Source: Takakia lepidozioides | Lineage: Eukaryota; Plantae; Bryophyta | Reading direction: 5' to 3' | NCBI GenBank assembly: GCA_030704615.1 | Contig: CM060731.1 | Span: forward strand, 25,358,001-25,422,000 | Length of the DNA stretch: 64,000 nucleotides | Made by a program: the position numbers and the translations under genes | Shown: in pieces, positions 1 through 11,600 of the stretch | How positions within the stretch are numbered: position 1 is the stretch's first letter | Layout of the letters: each line of letters starts with the position of its first letter | Notes under the pieces: model-generated | Database searches by the model: none | What the model was told of the DNA's origin: nothing | The model's input: the letters and a program-made list of their open reading frames with translations, nothing else

Positions 1-12
1 TTTGGGACCAAC

Positions 13-700
13 TTTTTTTTTTTTTTTTGTTTTTGGTTTTTTTTTTTTTTTGGTAAGAGAAGGGGGGCTCCTGATTTGTGAGCTGTCGCTCCCAGGTGTT
101 TCCCTTTATTGATTTATTTAGAAAAAAAAGGTGGGGAATGAAGCCCACACTGATAATGTATTAAGATTCTGCAAAGGAAAAAATAACCTTGCCAAGGCTG
201 AAGGGGGGGGGGGGGGGGGGGCACAGCCTTAGCCATAGTCATCAGTAAACAGAACAGCAGATCTCAGAAACTAGAAACTACCGCTCAAAAGAGAGTTGGG
301 CTTTTGATTTGCCCTTCCTAAAACTTCTACGATGCTTCCAATTAACTTCAGATTCTTCTCTTTCTATTGGAGAATATCTAGCACTCCTTGCCTTCCTGTT
401 GGCAGCTCCCATAGTCAAAGCCCGCCATGCTTCTCTAGCCTCGGACAGAAGGTTTGAGTGAACCCTACTCATGATTGCTTTCACACAAGGTCCATTGCTG
501 TGCTCTCCAAATCTGCCACAATGTATGGGCGCGGAGAGTGGCCCAGACTGGGTAAGTGCAGCATAATTTTCCATTGTAGAACACCGGCCTCCATTTTTGT
601 GTTGCAGAATTGTCAGCTCAGAGGAAACAACTGCCGAAGATAAATCTTTTGTATGTCCCATACAAGTGGTCAATGCACATGGTTGCCAAGTTGAACGCAT
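13..700 (-). mobile_element. Possible 3' end of a decayed LINE (ORF remnant followed by poly(A) on the minus strand)
   Basis: T-rich run at 13-52 (poly(A) on the minus strand), minus-strand AATAAA near 105-110, and minus ORF 278-700 ending just upstream. No RT motif recognised. Confidence 0.3.
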
Positions 701-2500
701 TTCGCAGAAAAAGAAAAAGGGAAGATTTTCAGGTCTAGCTGATTCTTCATCGTTTGTGAAGAAACGATCTACGGCTTGTGGCTACCAAGGATAGTTTCTT
801 CACTATCGAAGGTCTCTCTCTGAACAATTTGAATGCGCAGGTCTTTTCCATCAGCCGAGTTAAGCCGCGACGAGAAGGTCATGTACGGTCTGTTGTCGTA
901 ACCAGATGTCACGTGACATGGTGATCAGACGAACGTCGTGCCCGAAAAGCTCTGGAAAACAACTCGCAATGCGCAGCAAAAGATGTACCATTCTTCACGT
1001 TGTACCACAAGAGGGAATCTCCACATTGGGGAGATTTTCTCTTGTGGTACATCTTTTGGGAACAGCGCATCATACATAACATTGGCAAGTCTGATCAATC
1101 TCACAGGCTCAAGCTCCGCTGCCTTCCCAACGCCTGAACTGCACCGAGATTGATTGCTGCTCCTTGACAGTATTCATACAGCTTTGTGATCCTTTTCATT
1201 TGATTGTGTTCACTTGTAGTTGCCATTGGCAGGACCATTTTGCTTGATGCAAACTACTGATGCTGTGACTGTTATGACCCTCGCTTTGGTGGATTCCTAA
1301 CTTGTTCCAAGTCGGGAAACAGAGAAGTGACTTCACTGTACACCTGCGCAAACAACAACTCAACAGTTGGAGCTGATTGATACTCCCAACTCTTGCATGT
1401 CAACTACCGAAAGTTTCTCACTGAACATAGAAAGTGTCTGTTTTCCTTGTCAGAGGAGTTGCCAGGATCACACGATCACACATCAAACCAGATAACCAGC
1501 TTTTACTTCACCTATTTTCTCCCCAATACGACAAAATACCCTGAAAACTCGCTTTGTGTACTAACTTATCCTTTGTGCTTGTCTTTCCGACTTTCCAGAT
1601 AAACAAGTCTACTTGTAAATGAAGTATTCGCTTTTGCCAGACAGAAACAAAAAGGATGTCACCTCATCTTCTCGCTGAATCACACTGTTTGCCATCGATC
1701 GTGAAGCTGAGCTGCCAAACACAGATTAGGGTTAGCGTGAGCACGGCACATCACATCAGACTCCGGCCCTTGCTATGTAAGTGAGTGCGAGTACCATAAC
1801 GGCAACTGCAGGCCACTCTCTCTACTTTTAGGGTTTATTTATCACAATCATAACACCATACACCAACGACGGTTTTCTTTGTTTTATTCCTTCAATTTGA
1901 TAAATTATTAGATGTCGAATAGCTTATTATTATTTTTAAATTATATTGTCTTTCAAAAATCTTAGTAGAGTCTTAGACTATTGTTTCCTTTGATTTATTT
2001 TAAATAATTAAAGCAGATCAATGTCTGATCGGGAGTGGATGCACATTTGATATCATCCAGTTCAAGACGATGAATGGATGTACAGGTAGCGCCATGCAGC
2101 GATGAGTGGATGAATGATTGGATGGATGTGTAGTAGGTGCAAGAATATAGTAGTAATAATAAAGTGCGGGAAAAGACAGAACGAAATTTCTAATAATAGC
2201 AATAAATAATTGAATAAATGAATAAAAAATAAAAAAGTGCGGAAGAGGAAGCAGTGATAAAGAAGTCGGAAAGAAGGCGGCGCTCGCCCTCCCGTGGTCA
2301 CTGTCACATGAGTGGGGGTGACGGCGTGGCTATTCCTGGCTATACTCCCGCGGATTATTTATTTGCGTTTACTGCGGGTAGAACCCATGTTTTCGGATTA
2401 AGGGCGAAACTTAGGCACGTGGCGAGACACGGTCTTTAAGATGCCATTAACGCTCCCTCCCGGGTCATGCTCTCTCTTGCTCTCTCGTAAGGAAGGGAGC

Positions 2501-2527
<27 letters not shown>
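2501..2527. repeat. (GA)n microsatellite just upstream of the NRPE1-like start
   Basis: Uninterrupted GA run about 120 bp before ATG 2645. Confidence 0.9.
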
Positions 2528-2532
<5 letters not shown>

Positions 2533-2644
2533 GGAAGGGGGGATTGAGGAATTCAAACAAGCGGGGCCACAATGAGGATGCTACTGCAATGCGCAGCTTG
2601 CTCATTGTAGCTGCACGATCGTATGGTTTCTGGACTTTGATGGG

Positions 2645-5600
2645 ATGGAGGCCACGGAGCACGCTAAGGTGTTGGATCCGCCTCTTGCCGCGTTGGTTGG
2701 TCTCCAGTTTGGACTCGCGACTGCTTCTGATATTGTAAGAACGCAATTTCCCTTGTGTTTGGATTGCCGTACTCGGTGTCCTGTTTGTGATTCCGAAATG
2801 CGGTGTGCCGAGTGCCGTAGGTGTCCCCCATCAGCAGTAATTTGTTGGCAGCGGGGAGTTGTGGAACTCTGAAATAATGTTGGTCAGAAAATTTAGCTCA
2901 GAGGTCGTGAATACACTGTGACGAGGGTGACGGGATGTGGTCAGGTGAAATTCTCTGTCTTTGAGAAGGGTGAGTCGTTACAGAAGGCGAAGGATCTTTT
3001 AGACCCTCGTCTTGGTGTGCCAACTGAAGATGGCAGGTGCGCAACCTGCGGTGGTAACAATTACGAGGCATGCACAGGTATGTTTCTCATTGGAAAGAAG
3101 AGGGATTTCCCTACAATCTCTCAGCGATTACTCTTTGATAGTCCTACCGGGGATATCTGGTTCTATCTTACACACGGGGGAGTTTAAGGATAGAATGTAC
3201 AGGGTGTCCATGGAGGTGAGTAATCGTAGCCAGGGTAATCTGTATTTTGCAACACTACATTTTGAGATCTGCAAGTGGGTGACGTGTTATCTGAAACAGG
3301 TCTACACGTATGCTTATTGAGGAAATACCTTAGGAAACAAGGTAGACTGGTAAAGTGAGTGCGCCTGGGGGCCTCTGACCAATGTCTCCTCCAATTTGAA
3401 AAATTAGATCACAGAGTCGTTGGTCCGGGCTTGGCTCCATGCAGGACATTTTGCCCATGTCAAGCTTGCTCAGGGGATATTTCACCCAAATCATATGCGG
3501 CTGTTGCAACGAATCCTCGGAAAGATATGCCTTGGGTGTGGCAATGTACTAGCGAATAAGAAGGTAACACTACTTCTCACTTGCATGTGCAAAATTTCTT
3601 GAGCCTGCATCATATTTCGCATCCTGTGTTCTTTCATCACCCTTAAGATTGTGTAAATCAGTGCAGACATCACCATTCCAAGAGTCCTCAGCAACAGAAG
3701 GGGCAACGCAAGTGAAACCCAAGCGGATAGATAAGAGGACACAAGATCATAGCTCACCATCACCTGGACACAATGTTGTTGGCACTGCAAATGGCATACA
3801 TGCTTGGACAAATGCCCCTCAGGCAAGCCCTATTTTCGATGAGGTAAGATGTCATCCTGTGTAAGGGCTTTCCTGCTTTGGAGGTGATCCGTTGATTAAT
3901 GTATGTAGTCTTTGTGTAGGTAGAACGAAGAAACACACAGCGGACATGATGAATTATATGTTGAGGAGGAGAAGAAACAGAAACTTTAGAGAGAGAGCTG
4001 TCCTTGTTGACATTTCCTCTGAATTTTGGCTATGTGCACTTGGTCCTTCCTAACTCACCAAGGCATGAAATTGTGCCCAAAATCACAGGGTCCAAAATTT
4101 AGAGTCTGCTTCAAGAGTACATTTCAAGTGTTTGATTTGAGTTGCATTGACTGCTTATCTGCAGACGTCATACTGTGATAGGGCTTGTATAGACCTTTGG
4201 AGACGATAGACACGAGAGACATATAGAAACTAGAAGTCACCAGTTTTATTGCAACACTGACAATGCTAGCCTGTGGATATAAGGCAGACCATGTATGACC
4301 CAAGTATGATGGTCTGCAGGAACATACTAACGAGGTGATTGTGCTCTCATCTGATGATGAGGAATCTCTATTCCCGAGTGGGATTTTGCGAGTGGTCCAA
4401 CCACAGGGACGGAAGCGAGGACCCTTCGCAGAAGAAACATCAACCAGTGTTTCTTTGGAAAGTCCTCGACGACGGAGCCTTCGAACCATCTTACGTCAAG
4501 GCAAAGCTGCCAATAAGGGACCTCTACCGTCTGCTACCAAACCAGTAAGCAGCTGAGAGTCTTGCTGTGCGTGCATCTGCCACATGACACTAAAATGGCG
4601 TTAAGCCTGTGCTAATTCTGCACGCCCTATTTGTGTGATAGGGGAGTCTGGCCCAACTGTCTGCATAGCACCTAGCAATTCTTTACCCTATGCATGGTTG
4701 CCTCCCCTTCCTCTTCATCCCCTGCTGTGTCACTTTGTCTGCTTACAAAGGATGCCATCCTTGAGCTGTGCAGGTTGTTGAAAAGGCATATATGGCAACA
4801 CCAGCGAAAGTGAGTCACCACAGTGGAAGTGGTTCCTCTGGTCGTTCCAATCCCAAACGATGTCGGTATTGCACAGGTGGTAAATCTGAGTATCCACATG
4901 TCAAGCTGAAATTGGTCCCTGCTAAAGGCCCAAAAATCGGAGACAAATCCCTGATTATTCAGATGGAAATTGCATCAACTGTAGAGGGAATTGCTTCCGA
5001 CTACTGGGCTTTTGTGGAAGGCACCTCTTCAAACCACTTTGATTATCAAGTACCACGCGAACGGATTCTACTGCCTTCTGAGGTATATGCTGCTCACCAG
5101 GAAATTGTATTGGGATGAGTTTTGTAATTCCATTTGTCTCATGTTCTCTGTTTGAGCTTTGTTCGATTTGTGTGGTTCAATATTCTTTAACCAGATAAGG
5201 AGAAAGCAACAACCAAGTGCATTGGTGTGTGAGAGAGAAAATAAATATACTATTAAGAGGAGAAGAGCAGCCTCAGACATCTCTGAAGGGGTTTTCCTTT
5301 TCATGCCAATGAAGACCACGCCTTTTTAGAATCAGGAATCTCATCCTTCCTACTGAGTCAGGATAACCAGGCTCCAGTGAAACAGACAAGTAATTGCAGC
5401 GACCTTCATCAATCTTCATGGGTGAATAGTCACAAAGGTGATGATTGTCTAACAAAGGGTTGTGAACTGCGCACTGTTGCTGAATAACGGGACACAGGTC
5501 ATTGCATGTCCTGATAGCTAGTTTATGTTTTGCCTTCATTTTGTATACATTGGTCTACCCATTTCGGCAGGGCTAGACTTTGATGAGGTTAAGCAGTAGG

Positions 5601-8600
5601 CTTGCCCTTCTGTTCGCTAACCACCTCCAACGTTGATAGACGAACATGGAGTCACTTGCTCAAATTGCAGAGTACCATAGAATATAGTAGTCAGCTTTTG
5701 GAGGATTTTATTCTTGTTTTTTGGAGCTTTTTCCTTGGTGCCATCCAGTCCAGTAAATTATAGACTTCCTCATGGACAGAAATAAGAGAGGCTGTCCTTA
5801 AATCTTCTGTTCATGGTTTAGGGGCTGCAGAGAAGGGCCTCTATCTATTTCCATTGTCTTGTTCTGTGTTTCCTGTGCAGGCTCTGAGGATATTGAAAAA
5901 GATACCTGAAGAGGCAATGCTGAGCCTAGGAATGCACAAGGTTGTCGCTCGTCCAGAAGCCCTGGTTATGGAGTGTGTGCCTGTTCCCCCGAACTGTACC
6001 CGCGCTGCAGACTTGAAATACGTGAACAACACCACTGCTGTGCGATTTGGAGTAGTGAGAGACTCTCTCCTGGTTTCCCATGTTCTGAGCAATGCGCCTA
6101 ATGAAATTTGAAACAACACTTCAGGAAATCTAATTTTACTTCAGCGTGAGGACCCACAGGAGAGAAAAGGAAAAGATTAGAGGCTCTCAGAGGTGTCAGT
6201 TTGTACTATACTGGGCTAAGTGAGCCATTTCACTGTGTGCCGATGAACAGAGACTGGGTAGGCTGTTTGTGATTGTGTCTTAGTATGAGAGTAGTCTGTA
6301 GTCTATGAGAGCAGAACATATGTTTTTGAATGTGCCTTGTGGTTGACTTAATCATTGAGAAAGCATCATGTCTATGAGGTTACTTGTCAAGTTTGAGTGA
6401 AGTTCTATCCCCGACACAATTCACAAAGAAACCAACTCAGTGCCCTTCATTTGATGCGTAATCTATTTAGCATCTCAAAAGCACACCTGGTAGAAGCATT
6501 GTATTTGGACCCTCATGTCGGCTGGAACTGTTATCTGGATGCAGGATAGAGTCACAAGGAGTTTGCACACTTTGATTGAGGAGATTTTAAGGATAAAGAG
6601 CACGAGAACAGGGAAACCAATGTTCAAGGCCAGTAAAGATGAAACCAGACTGCTTCAAACTCTAACTGCTGAGTACCTTCGGGAGAAGGGAGCTCCCAAA
6701 GTAAGTATCTAGCCTGCCACATTGTCCTGTTATAACTTGAGAATATTAAGCTCCAGTCCTAAATGAATAGGTTGAACTCTTTCCAAAAGCCTTCATAAAT
6801 GCAAATAAGCTTGTAGGTGTGATAGATTGATAGATTTCGGAGAATTGAACTTCTCAAATGTCTGTCGAGCTCCAAGCATCCGAACTAACTGATCGATTCA
6901 AGCATTTAGTACCCGCCTTATCTATGTATATATAGCAGCTGCTTGACATGTTTTAATTCCATCTCATCAGGAGGTTCTGTAATTCATAGGGTGAGTCTGA
7001 AACTGCATCTTATAATGGATCAATAAGCAATTAAGCTGTGTTGTATTCAAATGGAGCAGGCCGTACCTGGGAAAGACCCAAAGAAGCTTGATCGAAATGG
7101 TCGGGTTATGAAAGGAAATGACTATCGTTGGACCAAAGACTGGCTCACCCAGAACATTCTGGGTAAAAGTGGTAACTATGCTGCACGGGCTGTCATCACA
7201 GGTGATCCCTTCATAAAAGTGGAAGAGATTGCAATCCCCTATGAGATAGCACAAACCCTGACTATTCCAGAGAGAGTCACCAGCTGGAACTGCCAGAGGT
7301 TGCAAAAGTATGTAGACAGAACCCAAAGCCAGGAGCTGTCCAGGGGAACAGGTGTTGTCAGAATAGTAAGAGACGGCCAAGTGTTTCACCTGTGGCCAAC
7401 CAGCACCCACCAGCTGGAGATAGGTGATATTGTTCACCGGCACCTCCGAAATGGAGATTTGGTGTATGCCAATAGGCCACCATCAGTTCATGCGCACTCT
7501 CTAATGGCCTTACAAGTGGTGTTACACTCAGATATCGTGATGGCTATAAATCCAATGATTTGCGCTCCATACAATGCAGATTTTGATGGGGACATCTTTC
7601 ACCTTTTTGTTCCACAATCACTGGAAGCCATGGCTGAACTACAAGAGCTGATGACAGTGCAACAGCAAATGATCAGCTCCCAAGGAGGGCAGCCGCTACT
7701 TGGACTTACCCAGGATACTCTGTTGGCGGCTGCCTTGATAACTAGCACTAACGTACTATTGGACAAACCTTTAGTCCAACAGTTGGCCATGTGGACATCT
7801 GTCCCACTTCCAGAAGCAACTATTGTCAAATCGCCTAAAGGAGGCCCTTTCTGGACTGGAGTTCAAATGTATGGGTTGACATTGCCAGCAGGTCTTGACT
7901 TCGAATCAGCTGATGACAAGGTTCTCATCAGGAATGGCGAGATTTTGAAGTGCAGTGATGCCAAATGGCTGCAAAGAGGTAATGACAGTGTCATTGCTGC
8001 CCTCTGTGATCAGTTGGGGCCAAGAGGAGCCCTTGAGCACTTAAACTCAGCCAAAGGCCTTCTGCACACCTGGTTATCATTGCAAGGCTTCAGTGCAGGG
8101 CTGCCCGATTTCCTTGTCACCTTGGACTCACAGCAGAGACAGAATATGCTGCGTGCTGTCAACATTGAGTGTCTTGAAAGGGCGATGTACCAGGCTGTGG
8201 ACTTAGTGCAGAATTGCGATGCCCAATCATCCATGAAAGTGGATTCTGATCAATGCTTTGGTAGATCTGTCTTTGACCTGACGAGTTTCACCAAAAAAGT
8301 GACTAACGTGGAGGATTCCATAATCAAAGCATTTCAAGCCTCTGCTGCCCACATAGAAGATATTCTCTCTAATACCATGCAGGTTGGTGGTAACTCACTG
8401 CTTGATATGGCAAGGTCAGGAAGCAAAGGTTCTATGCGTAAACTGGTGGAGCAGTGTGCTTGCATGGGGCTTCAGCTCTATAAAGGTGAGCATCTGCTTC
8501 CTTTCGCACGAGTGCAACATGAGGCAAAGGGAGAATCTCAACTTCAAGAATGGTGGGAGGCTCATGGGTTTGTACAAGGTTCATTGGTAGATGGATTGAG

Positions 8601-11600
8601 AACTTTGGAGCTTTTCAACCACACCATTGCCAACAGAACTGGCATACTTCGCAAACACGTAGAGGTGATACAACCGGGAACTCTTTTCAAGGCCCTTATG
8701 CTATTCCTCAGAGATTTGCATATTGGGTATGATGGAACTGTCCGCAGTCAGTGTGGGCAAAACATTGTACAGTTCTGTTATGGTGGAGCTGAGACAAGTG
8801 CCACAATGGAAGAAGGTGGAAGTGACTCTGTGCAGGGGGTTCCATGGAGTCAGTCAAAACTGGCAGGTGAAGCAGTTGGAGTGTTGGCAGCCACAGCTAT
8901 ATCTCAGCCAGCTTATGAGCTCATGCTGGATGCACCTCACCTGAGTGGGTCTTTCAAACTTCGGCCACTCGAGCTTGTGCAGGTATTTGAGTACCTCTAA
9001 AAGGGCCATCTTCGTTTGAGAGCCTTAGCATGTGAAGTGCAGAATCTAATGTCACCTGCTCCAAATTTGGTGCATTTGATTTATTGAACCTGTTTACAAA
9101 TATAGAGGACTTCTCTTTGAAGTCATTGGTGGACTAACATGTGCCTGTGCAAACCACAGGAAACTCTAAATCCCCGGGATAAATCAGATTCCAAGCTGGT
9201 TGATCAACGCGTCATGATTAAGCTTGCCTTATGCGACTGCTTGAAGCCTTGGTGTCACGAGAAGAGAGTGCTTGAAGTTCAAGACCACTTAAGGAAAATT
9301 CCTCTCAAGATGCTCGTGCAAAGCAGCTCTATTGAGTAAGAGATAAGGAAGCTGTGAGAGAGAGCTATAAATACTCATTTAATTGGGTTTACCAAAGGCT
9401 TATGACTACATATATTGTGCCCAATGAACGCTATTATACAATGTGCAGAAGGGTCCCTTGGGACAGGGAGCAGGAAGAATCAGTTTGGTAAGAAAGACGA
9501 AGGACCAGCCGGTAGCATGGTTTTAACTCCTCTGTTGCAAGTGACTGGGTTGTCTCTCACCATGCTTTCCACCCTGAAAATTTCATGTCTGTGTGTTCTT
9601 ATAAGTGTTACAGAGTGGTTTTTGCATGCTCTCATGTGATGAACCACTTGTTATTTCTGAGGTTGGCAGGTTTTGGAACATGGAGAACCTCAATGTGGGA
9701 GGGAGTGGTGCATTGATGCGTTTGGGGTCACCTTGGTTGGGTCACATCCAGCTGTCAAGGGTATATATTCCCACCTGCAAGTATGTTAGGACAATCTCAT
9801 GCATGAGGCTTAGTGCTAAAATTCAGCCAGAAATGTCCTTCCATAAAATTCAGTATCTCAGCCTAGATAGATGCAACAACTGGTGGGTGTGAGTGCATGA
9901 GCTGCAGCCAGAAATGTCTTTCCATAAAATTCAGTATTAAGGGAACTGCCTGCAACAAAATTTCAAAAATGTAACTTGGTGTACACCAACACCTTTGCCT
10001 GCTCTCTCTCTGCTTGTGCCAGATCTTCTCACTATCCCCAACTCTGTTGTTTTTCTTACAGTACTTACAGTCCTTAGTCATGTCACTCCAAGGATGGAAG
10101 GAAAATGAAGGGTGACAATTCAAATCTAATGAGCTGGCCCCTTTGCAGGACAAATTGCTGCAACATAAATTGACAATGGAAGAGATCTTGTGCCGCCTCA
10201 GAAAAAAGTTCAGTACCATCATGAGAATCACGAAGAAAAATCCTCTCGGGCAGATATTTTTTGGTCACAGGTCTGATGTTTGAAATGAACTCATGTATTA
10301 CTTTATCATGCCATCTCAGGTTCAAGGGCCAGTAAGGCAATGAGTGGATACCGATGGGAGGCTTAAAAATTTGAAGAGACTGACAGATTCATTGAAACTG
10401 ATTGAATTGGCTGTGTTCTGCAGTGATGAATGTGGCCCTTCCAAGGGTGCTTGTATACATTTTTCTCCCAAACTGCCTTTGAAGATGCAATATCAGTCTG
10501 ACGATGAAGAGTATAATAATCTGTTGCTCGAACTGATGGAGAAAATGCGTGACAAAATGCTGCCTTCTCTTCTGGAGTGCACAGTCAGAGGTACTTACTA
10601 ATAAAGATTTGAGGAAATTTGACTAAAGACTGTTATACTAGTATCATGGGACTCTGGTCACTTTCTTTTTCTTTTATTTCTGGGTTGATGGTCTTTTCCC
10701 TTTCCATCTCATTGAGCTTCTTATGTTCTTCTGTAACTATGTGTTGGTCTCCAGTCCCTAACAAACTCCAACAAGAGAAAATGGGGGAATGAATTAACTG
10801 CTGGTGTTTGTTCCTCACCACTTGCATTTATTAACATTTGGAGCCATTAGTGGACTGCGTGATATTCTCCAGTCCGTCAGTAATAAGGGGACAACACCAT
10901 CTGTACAAACAGATCCTAACTGATAAGATGATGACAGGTGATTCACGGATCAAGTCTGTAAGGATTGTTGGTGAAGACAACACCTGGCCATCCTGGCATC
11001 CAAGAGCTGGCAATAAGATGGATGAGGAGCTCGTTTTGGAGGTTGTTGTGGCCTCTAAGTTGAAAACAAAGCGTGGCACGGCATGGAGTGCTGTGAAAGA
11101 GGCATGTCTTCCAATCATGGAGCAGCTGGATTGGAAGAGGAGCATGCCTTACAGTATTCAGGAGATTAAACATGCCCTAGGAGTCGAAGTTGCCTATCAG
11201 ATGGTTGTACAGGTAAGGTTTTTACCTCCCACTCAGAGTGAGTTCTTGTTTTGAACCTCATGGCTTTTACATGCTGCATCCACACATTCCTTAAAGTTGC
11301 TTTTCTGTGTAGGGGTCAAAGCTGCCTTTGATACTCCATTCTTTGTAATTTGGAACAGAGATTGGGCTTGGCCATTGAGAAGACTGGCCGCGATGTTTAC
11401 AAGGAGCATCTTAAACTGGTAGCGGACATGATGACGTTCTCTGGTGATGCGAATGGGTTCACATTTGCTGGCTTCCAAGACATGATAAAAAGCGCCCGGG
11501 TATCAGCACCCTTTACAGAGGCATCATACCAGGCAAGTTTTTAATCCTATGAGTGTTTTTTACGCGTGTGGCAAATCAGTTTGAAATGGCAGCTGTAAAG

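Noticed and set aside
9797-9937. Short direct repeat (CAGCCAGAAATGTC.TTCCATAAAATTCAGTAT) in an NRPE1 intron
   Set aside because: Two-copy local duplication with no functional signature.
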